The notes under the pieces: model-generated
What the model was told of the DNA's origin: nothing
The model's input: only the letters and a program-made list of their open reading frames with translations
Databases searched by the model: none
Made by a program: the position numbers and the translations under genes
In this document: piece after piece, positions 13,530-26,946 of the stretch
How the letters are laid out: the number at the start of each line of letters is the position of its first letter
Position numbering within the stretch: position 1 is the stretch's first letter
Source of the DNA: the human T2T-CHM13v2.0 reference genome, Homo sapiens
Length of the DNA: 64,000 nt
Assembly (NCBI RefSeq): GCF_009914755.1
Contig: NC_060944.1
Reading direction: 5' to 3' (one strand)

Positions 13530-13795
13530 CAATTCACTTAAAGTCCTTAAGCATGGTGCCTGGCCGAGAGTCTGAGTAAGTGCTAAATAAATGCTAGTTA
13601 TCAGCAGCAATAACTTTAAGATTTCAACTATCTCCAAACTTTACCCATGTACTCAAATGTTTAAGTGTGTAGACCCTGAAGCCAGACTACATGGAGCATT
13701 ATCCTGTCTCTACTACCTACCGAGAACTTGGAGACTTTTTTGTCTCTTTACACTTCAGGCTTCCCCTCTGTAAAACAGGGTTAACAAAAGCACTA
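13530..13795 (+). mobile_element. MIR fragments
   Basis: gtgcctggc..gtaagtgctaaataaatgctagtt and cttcccctctgtaaaacagggttaaca. Confidence 0.55.
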
Positions 13796-13993
13796 TCTTA
13801 ATTTTTTCTTTTTAAATATTATGTGGAAAAAATATATGTAATGCTACTATTACTGTAATGTTGCTACTACTGAAATGACTACTAATACTCCTACTTCTAC
13901 TAATATTATTCCACATCACTCTTACTGTTATTGGACATGTTTCCATCTTCTCTACGAACTTGTATTCACCCTGTAGTCCAAAATTCTTTAAAG

Positions 13994-14520
13994 GTTGTAT
14001 AACAAATTATCCCCAGAACTTAGTGGTGTAAAGCAAAATTTCAACATTTGCATGGCTCATCTCTGCTCAGCCAGGTCTGGACCCTGAATTCGGAGACTCA
14101 AAGGCTGGCGCCAACTGTCAGCTGGGGCAGCCACAGGCCGGGGGCTGGAATTATCCAGGCTCAGTCACTTATATGTCTGACACCTGGACAAGGAAGACTC
14201 AAACAATTGAGGGCTGGAACAGATGGAGCTCTCTGGGCATCTCTTTCCAAATATATGGTCTCCCTGCATCATGGTCCCTTCACAAAGACAGCTTCAAGTA
14301 GCTGGACACTTTACCTGACAACTTAGGGGCCCCAAGGTGTGTGTCCTCAGAGACAGAATGAAGATGGCAGAGGCATTATATTTCTTTTTATGTCCTTGCT
14401 TCAGAACTCATTCAGCCTCAATTCTCCTATAGACACAAGGCCACCAGTTTTAAGGGGAGAAAGTGTGGACCCCACATCTTGATGGAGGAGTGTCAACGCT
14501 TCATTGTAAAAAGAGTAAAT
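13994..14520 (-). mobile_element. MLT1 (MaLR) solo LTR
   Basis: tgtataacaaattatccccagaacttagtggtgtaaagcaa ... gaccccacatcttgatggaggagtgtcaa. Confidence 0.75.
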
Positions 14521-15225
14521 GAGGTGGGAGACATAAGTGTGGGCTTAGGTGTGAACAGCTCTAAAAAATAGAATTGGTCATGCCCAGTCAAATCTGCTCT
14601 TTAAGACAAAGAGCAACAGCTTGTTCCTTTTGCAGATCTTGATTATCTCACATAGTACATTACTCTGGGAAAATGAAGGTCCTTCCTTTAATTGGTCTCT
14701 GAGCCTGTGTTTTCTGGAGTGTGTCCCATGGGGCCTGGGGCCTGAGCTGACAGCACCAAAGAGGTTCCATGTTGGTTGGTTGACGGCCATTTTTTTCTGC
14801 CTAATGAATTCAGATGCTTACTTTTCTGTTTGGAAGACACATCCTTAAAAAGAGCCCTTATTGTCCCCACTAATTGGATTTTAGCACTAGGTCTTAGGCT
14901 TCTAGTTTTCTGGGAATTTTTTTCTACCAGCTAAGATTTTCTTAAAATCATTCCTCACCCTACAGATATCTTCTTATCCCAAGACTTCTTAGCCTCCTTG
15001 TAAGAGGAACCATTGACTTATTTGCACCACCTCATCAGCCTAACTTTTTGTTACTTTTCTTATTAAGACCCTCCACAATTGCTTGTCTTTCCTTCACTAT
15101 AATGCCTCATCTGGTTTCTTCCTTTACATTTTCAAGTTATTTGCCACTTTCAAGCCAGATTCAAGGTTCTCATCTTCCCCAGGAAGTTATTCATTCATTC
15201 TCGTATTCATCAGTACTAACAAAAT

Positions 15226-15265
15226 ACACACACACACACACACACACACTCTCTCTCTCTCTCTC
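15226..15265. repeat. Compound microsatellite (AC)12(TC)8
   Basis: Read directly. Confidence 0.95.
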
Positions 15266-15989
15266 ATACACACAAACGTATATAGTACTTATATAGTCAT
15301 TTTATGAGATATTTTTAAATAACTGAGATGCTGTACCATAAATGGAGTTTAGTTGCCTGCCGTATGCTTACCCTCCCAAGCACGACCATAGGATTCTTGA
15401 TTTTTAATGTGGCTTTGGTGTTCTCATGCTGCAAGCACCTCAGATTGCATTCCATATTGTGTATCAAATGTATTTACTGCCAGGTGAATTATATGCCTGA
15501 CAAAGAGGCTGGGTTATGCATGTCAGTGTTAAGGAAAATAAAGGCCTTCATCAGCTGATATAAATATTTTACCAGAAGAGGAAATCAGAACTTAGTCTAG
15601 TAGTAAATGTTTAGGAAAAAATGTAGTTTGGAAATATCACTAAAAAAAAAAAAAGAACTGCTGTCATGTCTCAGAGAACTTGAATATGGTTTATCTCCTC
15701 TCTATATTGGCCTCTGCCGTGTGTGTTAGACCATGGCTAAAGGTGTGTATTTTATCTCTTGGCTTTGGAGAGAAAACTGAGGAGATAGTCATAAGGAAGA
15801 GGAGGCATGATGGATCTTGAAAACAGTTGTGAAGAGTTGGTTGCCTGATGAAACTGTGTGTCTGTCCTTGAATGTGGCCATGCCACCTGCCTTAGAGCAC
15901 TGGAATCACTGCCTCCCATCATTATGTGGCTGGGCCCCTAGTTGTACATGATGCTTTGGGGAAAGAGTCAGTGTACTTTCATGAAGGTA

Positions 15990-16495
15990 GATGGGGTGGC
16001 TTTCTTAACACATAAGCATGGCAAGGCTGCACTGTATTTCCCAGAAGTCCCTTTCTCTATGTTTCTGGCTAGGATGAACCACAACAGATGTGTTTGCAGA
16101 TTTGGAGGGAGGTGATGAGGCATTGGCCATTTGCTTTTACTCTTGGAAGGTTGGGGAACAAGCTTTTGTCATGCACATGCCTTGTCATTAATCTGTTGGT
16201 TCACCTTGCTGTTGTGAGGCAGGAGCTGGGGCCTGCAACTTCTCTGTCTTCCCCACATTCTTCCTACAGCTTCCCTGACTCCTGGACCAAGTGTGTGTTT
16301 AGTGCAGGATAGAGCTCCTATTTCTGCAGGACAAACACATTACCAAGATCAGAGGCAACAAGACTGACATAGTTTCCACTTTATCCTTGTGGGTTTCCAT
16401 TTGTCTTTAATTTCTTCCATTTTACATCCATCTTCTCTTTCATACATATATAATCCTAGTGGTCTTGCTTCTCTTATTAAACCTTGACTGAGACA
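15990..16495 (+). mobile_element. ERVL solo LTR (LTR33-like)
   Basis: tatttcccagaagtcccttt..agatttggagg; terminus agtggtcttgcttctcttattaaaccttgactgagaca. Confidence 0.55.
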
Positions 16496-17774
16496 GTGGG
16501 TTTTAAGCATTATTTATTATAAAATGGAAAACATATCAGATTTCAAGACTAATGTGTTCTTTCTAGGTAAAGAAAAAGTAAACATTTGGGATTTGGGTCA
16601 AATGTTGTGGGATCCAGACTTCCAGGTCATAGGTCACTCTTCCAAAATAATCCAACTCTATCTTCTGCATGTGGCAAGAAAACAAAAACAAAAAACAAAA
16701 CAAGGAAAGACAAGCAGTTTACAAAACTATGATCATACTCTTTACATTTGATCTTCAGGACATGAAACTACCTATTTTTCACTGGGATTTTTTTTTCCCT
16801 AAAGAAGTCTACTGTTCACAGTCATATCAAAATGATGATGTCTTTCCAAACCCTGTCCTATTCCTTCCCGTATCAAAATGTATATCAAAGAGGTCCCATC
16901 TATTTATTTATTTTTGAAATTGGCTTTTGAATAAAAAGTTTTATCTCAGTTTAAAAATAATTTTTCTGCACTGCACCCCAAGCAGAGAAATGAATCTTAG
17001 CAGAGAAAGTTTTGCTAAGCTGGTAGTCCTAGGATTAGAGTCATCTATGTGATAGACATGTTCAATTCTATGTTGTTCCCACTATGAAAAGGCATTGCAG
17101 AAAAACTTAATAATAACTCCACTAGTTTTCCAAATTTATTTATCATTTTCTGTAACACCAAAGACAATAAGGCAAAAGCAAACTTCTCCTATCACCTTCT
17201 TATTTTAAGGCTTATGGCTGGGGAAATATTCATGGTGGCACCCTCTTGAATCTCCTTATGTGTGTTAAATTATTATATAGTCTGACTTACACAGATTCCA
17301 AGAAAACTTTTTTTCTATCATGTTGACAAATCACTATTTTCAATGTGTATCATGGTAGTGCACTGTACTGTATGCCATAAATTTGCTATTTGGAGTCCAC
17401 TGGTTATATAGTGTGGAACAGTGGATGGAATTGGGTTTTTCACTTATTTGTGCATAGGGCAGGGGACTGCTACTAGACAGGGACTGTTCAGGATCCCTCA
17501 CAGAATCTTGATTTTGGAAGGAATTAGGAAGAGCTCATCTATCCTCCCATGCCCCTGTTGATTGGCAGCTTACAATCCTAGATTATGAGGAGATGGCTAT
17601 GCTGATATGGAATCAACTAGAAGCCAAACATTGGTGTACCTGGAATCCAAGCAATAAACAACTTTATTTCCCAAGATACCCAAATGAGATATAAAATGTT
17701 GCAGTTTCATTAGTTTCTGAGGCCAGCAGGCACTTTGGAGAGATCACAAGCTTCACCACTGGCCTGCCTGCCTG

Positions 17775-17945
17775 ACCTGAGCTCAGATTACAGTCCCACA
17801 ACTACTTGGTGACAGTTCTGTTGGGCAAGAAGTTTTACTTCTAAGCCTCCATTCATTCATTTGTAAAACTGAGATAATAATGCCTATCTTTCAGGTTTGT
17901 GGTAAAGATCAAAGAACATATTTGAAAAATCACTTGACCCAAGGT
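17775..17945 (+). mobile_element. MIR
   Basis: ttgggcaag..ctaagcctccatt..catttgtaaaactgagataataatgcctatct. Confidence 0.75.
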
Positions 17946-20340
17946 TCACACATCCTAAGTTGGTGGTGGTGTAGAATTTAGTCAAACTAATCAAAGAATT
18001 AGCTTGCCGTGATAGGCGTTTGGTGAAATGGCTTGCAGACTGGAGGGGAAAGAATAACATAGAGCAGCTGGAAGAAGCTTCTGTTAGTTATAAACAAGAA
18101 TCAATATCATAAAGTGACAATATATAGGTGACTATTCACTTCATTCCATATGATGTGTATTTGGTCTATCCTGCCCCTTGTCATGTTAAATTTATCTCTC
18201 TGAACCATTAAGCATAGACAAACATTATGCCAAGCATCTATTATTTCCTGAGGAAATGACTTACTTTTGATTATGTCAATGAAGAGTAAACCAGACATCT
18301 ATCTCAGATGGGGGAAGTTTCTTTGCCTTATTTTGACACACGAGTGAGCCTCTCTTGTGTGTACAGTAGTGCTGGTCATCTGCAGGGGACTGGAATGGAA
18401 TTTGGATGCTCTCAAATCCCTAGGGTTTGAGGTGAATATTTTATACCCCTCAACTAAGTCCATTACTTTTAAACAGTGAGGGAAGGATTTCAAACATTCT
18501 GACATTATTTTTAAATTCATGACACAGAAAGAAGGAAGGTGTGTTTTTTAATAGTCATGAACGAGTTTTGCTTTGTAGAGATTATTGCTTGTTCTACTGC
18601 TTGGTAAATCAGGGAAGTGTTTCATATTGACTATTGGGTCCTGTATGTGCATGTCTGGTTTAGCTTTAAATTTACTATTCTTAGAGTCTAATGGGACAGA
18701 ATCATTCACTTTTTCATTATTTTATTCTTGAGAACCTTGCCATCTGATTTGTGATCTTAATCCCTGCTCCATCTCTTGCTAGAAGCATAGTTGACACTGA
18801 CTGGTGTTCAGTTCTGTAACTTCCTTAACTTCAATAACCTTCACCTCCACTAATCTTTGACCACACATTTCCATGAAAATATCAACAACCTGAAGTTGAT
18901 CTACCTCAAAAGTCCTAATCTTTGACCACAAATTTAAAGCTTATTCTCCCCGGCCCTTTCTACATCAGTTACTTGTTCTCATTATTCTGCTGGCCCTTGG
19001 TACCTCCCAACTTTCTGCTTGTCCTCCTAGGACATCATTGTGCATCACTGTAGCCATTTTCTTTATCCTATCTTTTTAATTCTGTCAACCCTTATCGCAA
19101 AATTCCAAGCCTAGATCCATTCGAACTTGCATCCTCATCCTTCCTGCCAGGGTATAATAGAATACCACTGAGGAAAGTTAACCAGTGATGAGCATTCATG
19201 CTACTCAGCAGGGTGCTCACTGATATCCAAGAATACCATTTCATGCTCTTGGTCAATGTTCTTCTACTCAAACATTCACAGTCTCCTCCATGAAGTTTGC
19301 CTCTCCATCTAAACTGTCTGCTGCTTAAGGACAAGAAGCATAATTATATCTACAAAGATGCTGCCTAATCTTCCCAGCACCAGTGCCTAGCACAGTGTCT
19401 GGCATGCTTTAGACAGTCAACAAATATCTGACAAATAAAGAAAGTTTTACTACAATCAGAAACCACTCAGAGGATGATTCCTCATGTCCCACAAATAAAG
19501 CAAAGAAATTAGTTATAATTATTTTTCCAATTCCCATACCATGATGATCATCCCCATCCCTTATAACAAAACTTGTGTCCACTTTCCTAATACTTTAATT
19601 TGAACACCTTAAAAGCTTTCCCTCATTAGTCACTTATTTTCACTTCTAAATTTTCATCTATCTGTTCTCTGAAATCTCCTTCCTTTCAGTGTAATCACAC
19701 ACTCAACTTTCTCCATCTAAAGAAACTCTTTTATTCCTTTACCCTCTCCCCTTTCCTTTTGGTCTTTTGGTTTTTTGTTTTTGTTTTTGCAGAGGAGCTG
19801 CTCCATTTTCTGTTAGATTAAACCTGCTGCAATATAGCATATGTATCCAATATTCCACTAATGTTGTTTCACAAAGATTATAAATGATCTAGTTTGCAAA
19901 CCAAAAATGTATCTTTTTAGTTCTTAGGTTACTAGACCTCTTCGCCCTTGGTTATCCTCCATTTCCAAATATTCCTTGTCAGTTTCCTTTGTGGGGTGGT
20001 TTTACTCTCTTTAATTAAACCCTGGTGTCTTCCAAATATCCACCCTCAGAACTTTTGTTCTCCTACAGCCTATACCCTCATCCTGAGTAATTTCATCTAT
20101 AAATTAAACTTAAGTGATAACTTTCTGGCAAATCAACAGCACGGATTTCTTTCCTTCCTATAGAGATTTTAAACTCAACAAATCCAAAAATGAACTATTC
20201 ATGTCCCCTACCCACAACCTGCCCTACCATCCCACTGCCCAAGTCAGAAACATGAAAGTCACCCAGACACCTTCCTCACTTTCAACATTTATAGCGATCT
20301 ACTTAGTTCAATCAATGCAAACTCTTAATACCTCCCAACT

Positions 20341-20560
20341 CAAGTATTTCCCAAGGTGTGCTCTCATTAAATGAGCTTGAAAATGCTTTGTATTTTATTG
20401 GCCTCTTGGGATATCAAAGGATCTGAGAATTTCTGCAGTAAACAAGGTTTTTAATTTCATTCAACTTGGCAATTTCAAACTTATAACCACCATTCCCATT
20501 GCTAATTCCTGTAGAAATTTCACACAATTAAATGTCCCCAGAAACATAGTTTGGGAACTA
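20341..20560. mobile_element. hAT-Charlie MITE nested in L2
   Basis: TIR-like ends caagtatttcccaa ... catagtttgggaacta. Confidence 0.5.
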
Positions 20561-20592
20561 TTGTTCTTTGTCCCCCTTTCCCATTACAGCTG

Positions 20593-21040
20593 TGTAGTGG
20601 ATACCCTTGGTACCCCATTCAGATCCTCTAGGGTCTTTTAACCAACTTTTTTTCACCATTGCCCAGCTGTGCTCTTGCCATTAAAAGTTTATACCTTTGA
20701 CCTTCAGAGGACTGACCTTGGGCCTGTAACCAGCCTCACCTGTAGAGAGAGTCAGAAGTGACTCAGAGTTTACATCTCCCTTAGGATGGATTCTAGCCCA
20801 TGGCTAGCTGGTATGGGATACAGGGTGAGGAGTAATTAATGCTACAGAGTGAGGAGTAATTATTGCTACAGAGTTCATCCTAGGACCAGGCTGAGGGTGA
20901 TGCTATTTCTGAACTCACACCCTTGCTTGACTTTTTCGCCTTCTCTGTTTTGCTTTTCATACTCCCTCACACATTCTGCTGAAAGTACTGCCTTCATAAA
21001 CCACTTACACACAAATCCTTGGCTCAGGGTCTGCTTCCCA
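20593..21040 (+). mobile_element. LTR16-family solo LTR nested in L2
   Basis: tgtagtggatacc..cagatcctct; 3' ataaaccacttacacacaaatccttggctcagggtctgcttc. Confidence 0.7.
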
Positions 21041-22438
21041 ACGAGCAGCAGCACAATACCTTATTTCAGGCTCTCACCATCTGTGATGTAGACTCCCGCC
21101 ATATGCCATTACATGGCCTCCCTGCTTCTAGACTTACCCTCTCCATTTCTTCCAGGATAAAATCCTTATCATGGCATCCCTAGGTTATCCACCATCTAAC
21201 CCAGACCTGATTCTTCAGCTCCAGCGTCTCTTGTTCTTCCTAGCAAGTGCAACCTCTAACCACACCAAAGAAATTGCCGTGTCCCAAATATACAAAGGTC
21301 CATCATGGCATCATAATATTGCACAAGCTGTTTCTCTCACCAGAGCTGGTCTCCCCCAGCTTTTCTGGTAGGCAAATTCATATTCTTCCTTCAAAAGTAG
21401 TGTCAATATCCCAGTGAGAATTTTCTTAATTCCACCTCTTTTGCAGTCCAGCCCTCTCTTTTTCACTTCTAATAGTATTTTTTACATTGTAGTTTAACTG
21501 TTTGTTACTTTGTCTGATTTTCCTTCTAATGTTGATTCCTCCAATGTTACCTGTTTCTAAAGATAGGGAATGTTTCTCAATCATTTTGGCCCACATAGGG
21601 TCCCATTATGTACAGAAGATGCTCAGTAAATATCCATTACAACCTAGAAATCACATGCCCAGTCATCATGACTCCTGTGGTTAGGACATTCTTGTTATAG
21701 GCATTGTGATCAAACTAACCTGAGAGAAAAATTTTATTGCTTAGTTGTCCCTGTCTCCCACATTGTGGATTGTGAAGTATCTAAATCAAATCACATACAC
21801 CGACAACACCCCAAAATGAAATATTTTATGTGTCAAGTTGCCATCCGTAAGCTTGCTTGCCAAACTTATTTACAGACTTTAACAAGATTAAATACCAACT
21901 CAATTTTTTGTGGAATAATTAGATACTACACTCTTAGGCACTTGTCTTACAGAGTTGAACAGTTAAAGCACATTTACAAAAGGACTCTGTTGAAGAAGAA
22001 TGTTGGTAGTTCTTATTATCTCTATGAGGGGTGGATGAGATCACCTGGGATTTCAGCACTGATAAGTGCACAGTGACACTAGCTCATGACCTCACAGTAC
22101 CTTCCTTTGTGGGCCTTCCAATAGCTCTATGAAGATAAATGCTACGTGTCCATGTTCCTGGGAGGCAGTTGCTTTAAAAAGCACAATTAGTAGTTTCCTT
22201 GCTGCCACCTTTCCTCAATCCCCACTACTTGGGTGACTTTGCTGATAGGCCTGTAACTGGTAGCTTCTGATAAATCTTATAAGCCTAAAATAGGAAACTG
22301 GCACTATCTATTGTTGCTTTAGCCTTGTCTATGACCTACACACTAGAAATGTCATCTGTTTCTTGTCTGGAACAGAATCTTCCAGGAAGTCTTCCCTCCT
22401 GGAGACTTCCTGGGTGTCTACGGACTGTTGACTAAATT

Positions 22439-22440
<2 letters not shown>

Positions 22441-22480
<40 letters not shown>
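22441..22480. repeat. (AC)20 microsatellite
   Basis: Perfect dinucleotide run. Confidence 0.98.
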
Positions 22481-22482
<2 letters not shown>

Positions 22483-22723
22483 CCCTCACCTATTCTTCAA
22501 CTATATTACCAGAAAATATCACAAAAAATGTCATTTCAGAGACCCCAATGTGATATAATTTATTTTTGAGAAAGTAAATAAATGCTGGCTCATTCAGGTT
22601 ATATGTAATACGTCCAGATGACCAACCCTAAACAATTTTTTTGAAGTAGTGAAATGTGGCTTCCATTATTCCCAGTCCCTATTATCTTCACTTACTTAAA
22701 AATAATCTTTTTACTTAATCTTC

Positions 22724-23245
22724 TATGTCAGTTAGCTAGTGCCGTATAACAAACTATGCCCAGAATGTAGTGGCTTAAAACAACAACCATTTATTATTTC
22801 TCATGAACCTATGAGTTGGCTGGGCAGTTCTGCTGATCTGAGTTGACTATTCCTGCGTCAGTTGAGTTATGGATTGACCAGGAGACTTTGTTGATCTTGG
22901 CTGGGTTCTTTGATGTATCTGGGGCCTCAGTTGGGACAACTTGGTTGACTTTGCTCTGCTCCCCATGTCATATATGCCAGCAGGCCAGCCTGGCATGTTC
23001 TCATGATGAAGATGGAAGAGCAGAATAGAGAACAGAAGTGTGTAAGGGCTCTTGACGCCCAGGCTCCGAACTTGCTGCCAATCACTTCCACCACATTCTA
23101 TCAGCTGAAGCTATTCACAAGACAGCCCGGATGCAAGAGGTGGAAAAAGAGATCTATTCTCCTCATGGGAAGAATTGCACAGTCACATTGCAGAGTATAG
23201 ACACAGAAATGGGTAAAAAGTTGGAGTCATTTTTGAAAATAGTCT
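22724..23245 (-). mobile_element. MLT1 (H-like) solo LTR
   Basis: tgtcagttagctagtgccgtataacaaac..tagtggcttaaaacaacaaccatttattatttctcatga. Confidence 0.8.
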
Positions 23246-23508
23246 CTCCTCCAGCTTTGCAGGTGTTCTATAACACCAAGATTTTCAGTCTACATCCTTC
23301 TTGTCTTTAAAACTTGTGATTGGGAAATTATCTGAGACATATATTCACAAAGAGATGAATGATATTTAAAGCTAAATGTACTATCTGTCTATATGTAAAA
23401 TAATGCCGAATAATTGGCCTCAGCCCCCAAAACACCCACCACATAGACTCTAAAATAAAGAATATCAGGTATAAGGAAGTAGTTGGAAATAGCATTCTGC
23501 ATGGTAAG

Positions 23509-23915
23509 GAAAGAAAATGTGATATATACACACCATGGAATACTATGTAGCCATAAAAAGAACAAAGTCATGTCTTTTTCAAGAATATGGATGGAGCTGG
23601 AGGGTATTATCTGTAGCAAATTAAGGAAGGAACAGAAAACCAAATGCTGCATGTTCTCACTTATAAGCGAGAGCTAAATGATGAGAACTTATGAACACAA
23701 GGAAGAAAACAATAGACACTGGAGTATACTTGAAGGTGGAGAATGGAAGGAGGGTGAGGTGCAGAAAAGATAATTATTGGGTACTGGGCTTAATAGCTGG
23801 GTGATTAAATGATCTGTACAAAAAAACCCTGTGACATGCGTTTACCTATGTAACAAACCTTCTCATATATCCCCAAACCTAAAATAAAAGTTAAAAAATT
23901 AAAATTAAAAAAAGA
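23509..23915 (+). mobile_element. 5'-truncated L1 3' end (L1PA15/16-like)
   Basis: ORF2 tail (WMELEGII..KEQKTK..MFSLI), then 3'UTR gatgagaacttatgaacaca..ccccaaacctaaaataaaagtt and A-rich tail. Confidence 0.9.
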
Positions 23916-23989
23916 AATATTTTCATTAAAATTCTTTACATAATGACAATTATAATAATAACAAATGACACAATGGTAACAATAATATC

Positions 23990-24230
23990 CATGTGCATTT
24001 ATTGAGCATTTACTGTGTATTAGCCTTTGTGGCAAAAGCTTTGACTTTTTTTTAATCTCATTTATTTGAGGAGGATACTATTGCTATAATACCCATTTGA
24101 TAGATGAGAATACTGAGGCTTAAAAGGGTTAGGTAATGTGCACCCAGGCTCTCAGTTATTGGATGGCAGAGTCGGGATTTGAACTTGCATCTGCCTATCA
24201 TAAAGTTAATGCTTTTCACCATTCCATGTT
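23990..24230 (-). mobile_element. MIR
   Basis: catttattgagcatttactgtg..tagatgagaatactgaggct..gggatttgaac. Confidence 0.85.
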
Positions 24231-24288
24231 TCCACAGGTGGCTCCTTCTAAAAATTGAAGGTAAGATTGATGCTATATTGCTCCCCAC

Positions 24289-24430
24289 CAGTGATTCTCA
24301 GCCTTAACTGCACACTGAAATAACCTGATTTTTTAAAAGGCTGATGCCTTTGTCCTACTTCCAGAGATGCTGGTACTTGTTCTGAGCATGAGATTTTAAA
24401 ATCTCTACAGTGATTCTAATATGTAGCTAT
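24289..24430. mobile_element. MER5-type MITE
   Basis: cagtgattctcagcctta..gtgattctaatatgtagc. Confidence 0.65.
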
Positions 24431-24443
24431 ACTACTGTTATAT

Positions 24444-24816
24444 TGTATTAGTCTGTTTCTCATGCTGCTAATAAAGACAATACCCGAGACTGGGTAATTT
24501 ATAAAGAAAAAGAGATTTAATGGACTCACAGTTCCACGTGGCTGGTGAGGCCTCACAATCATGGTGGAAGGCAAAGGAGGAGCAAAGTCATGTCTTACAT
24601 GGTGGCAGGCAAGAGAAAATGAGAGCCAAGTGAAAGAGGAAACCCCTTATAAAACCATCAGATCTTGTGAGAGTTATTCACTACCACCAGACACTATGAG
24701 GGAAACTGCCCCCATGATTCAATTATCTCCCACAGGGTCCCTCCCGTAACACATGAGAATTACGGGAGCTACAATTCAAGATGAGATTTGTGTGAGGACA
24801 CAGCCAAACCATATCA
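24444..24816 (-). mobile_element. THE1C-like MaLR solo LTR
   Basis: tgtattagtctgttt...cagccaaaccatatca; 5-bp TSD tatat at 24439-24443 and 24817-24821. Confidence 0.95.
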
Positions 24817-24829
24817 TATATAACAGGTT

Positions 24830-25295
24830 ATCTATGAACAAGCGATATCAGCATTACCTGAGCTTTTCAGAAATGCAAATTCTGCTCTGGGCTCAGTGGC
24901 TCATGCCTGCACTCCCAATGCTTTGGGAGGCCTAGATGGGAGGATTACTTGAGCCCAGGAGTTCAAGACCATGCTGGACAACATAGCTATAACCCTATCT
25001 CTACAACTAACAATAATGAATGCAAATGTTTAGGTTCCTCCCTAGACCTGCTAAGTCAGAACATCTGGAGTGAACTCAGGAAACTGTGTTTTAAAAATCC
25101 CTCCAGATGATTCTGATCCTCATGAAAATTTAGAAATTAGCATTTTACACCAATGATGCTCATCCCTGTGTATCAGAATCCCTAGAGAGCTTAATTAAAA
25201 TTGGAGAGTCCAGATTCATGCCCCAGATCTATTAAAACTGTATTTTCACATAGCCCTTCAGGCAATTCTGATAAACTCAGGATTGAAAACCACAT
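24830..25295. mobile_element. MER5A/B fragments, the first interrupted by an Alu monomer
   Basis: atcagcattacctgagc..gaaatgcaaat..agacctgctaagtcagaa..ccctccagatgattctgat. Confidence 0.65.
24884..25018 (+). mobile_element. Alu left monomer (FLAM-like)
   Basis: gggctcagtggctcatgcctg..gagcccaggagttcaagacc..tctctac; flanked by aatgcaaat direct repeats. Confidence 0.85.
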
Positions 25296-26139
25296 ATTTA
25301 TACAAAATAAATTGTACTGCTTTATACGCTTTCAGTGTTTGTATATCAGAATTTATCAGACTTGATAGTTTTTCTCCCTCTCAGAGAGAAACATAATACA
25401 AATCTTTGTTCCAAAAGAAAGATCTGATGATAACACTGAAGAACTCTCACTCTTTGTTGAGAGCAGAGCTAGATTCTGCAGAATTCCAGAATGACAGATT
25501 GATTAGTATCTCATCTATAATTAATAGGATGAATGTCAGAAGGACAGCTGAACTGTGAGCCCTGGGATGAAGTCACCTACAGCCCTAAGACCTGAAATGC
25601 ACATCTCAGCAGAAGCCTGACTGCAGCCGTTATCCTTGCTGTGGAGATGAACCAAAGGCCCAAGCGTGAGTGACTTCAAGATGAAACTCAGGAGCTGAGG
25701 CTCAGTGTGGACATTAAATTTCCGATGCCAGATAAGAAATCAAATTCTAATTCTTCACAAAATTACTGTCTTCAATTTCCGTTGGCATATCTAAGAAATA
25801 CTGGACTGTTACTAATTGGCCCCTTAGCTCTGTGTCCTGGAACAGAAGAAATTAAGTTCAGGAAATATTTCTGTTGCAGGCTATCTAGAAACTTAAAAAA
25901 AAAAAAAAAAAAAAAAAGCCTCCCTTAGTAACTTTTACTGATAGCCATTGATGTAGGAAAGAAAATCTATATTTAGAGAACATACTTTTAAAATCAGCTT
26001 TCTTTTCAATAAAATGCCTTCAATTCCTATGTTTTTCAATTAGTTCAGAGTCTAAGAACAAACATTTACTGAATGCTTATGGGATAGAAAGCATAGTACT
26101 AAATGCGGTGGGTGATTTAAAATAATTGATGTGTAGTAG

Positions 26140-26300
26140 AACTTGTTACTGAAAGTGTCATACACAGACCGACAACATTAGCATCACTTGGGAGCTTCTT
26201 AGAACTACAGATCTCAGGCCTTAATTTAGGTCTACTAAGCCATTTTGATAACATCTCTAGGGGATCTGTATGAATATTAAAGATTGAGAAATATTGCAAT
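26140..26300. mobile_element. MER5A
   Basis: cagaccgacaacattagcatcacttgggagcttcttagaa..agattgagaaatattg. Confidence 0.7.
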
Positions 26301-26559
26301 AGAAGATGTGGTCTTGCCTTCTCAAAGCAGCTGGAAAAGCACCATGTACATATATGAAAACGTAAATCATATTAAAAATTAGGGATAGACCAAAACATGG
26401 TTCCTCTTCACAGGAATCTTACATTTATTAGAGACAAATGAATGTGACAAGTTTAATAATTACCTTATATCAAGTTATCCAAACCTAGAAACTGAAAAAG
26501 AGATTCGAGACTCTTGACTTACTGAGAGAAGCTCTCAGGAGAAGAAAAATAAAAGTGAG

Positions 26560-26946
26560 AGAAAGAAAAGAGAAAAGAAAGCTGATTTTAAAAGTATGTT
26601 CTCTAAATATAGATGGGGCAGGAGAGGAGCGGAATGAAGATCTCAGCTTGGGCCTAATCACATAGGCAGCTCTGGAGTGTGAATTGTGCCACAGAGCTGA
26701 TATTGCCTCAAGGCAAGGGAATAAGCCTCTTGTTCTCCATGTGAGAAAATGAGTTGCAGACATTTGCTATGGGCTGCTCCTGGGTGGAAGTATGGGACAC
26801 AAATTTCTGGCCAAATGGCTGAGTTCAGCTAAGTTATCTGAGGAAGCAGAGCAACTGTGAGGTGTTAGCAGTCAACTCTCACAGCGGGTGGTGGGGGAAG
26901 GGTGCACTGGCTAGTAAAGGGAATCTGGATGAGGCACCAACAGCAT
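26560..26946 (-). mobile_element. LTR16-family solo LTR
   Basis: gggtgcactggctagtaaagggaatctggatgaggcaccaacagcat is the reverse complement of the LTR16 5' end. Confidence 0.65.

Larger units (their letters stand above)
18800..21640 (+). mobile_element. Fragmented L2 with nested younger insertions
   Basis: L2 motifs: aaactcaacaaatccaaaaatgaact, cccaagtcagaaacatgaaagtcacc, ggcctccctgcttcta; termini at ~19440 and ~21635. Confidence 0.65.
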
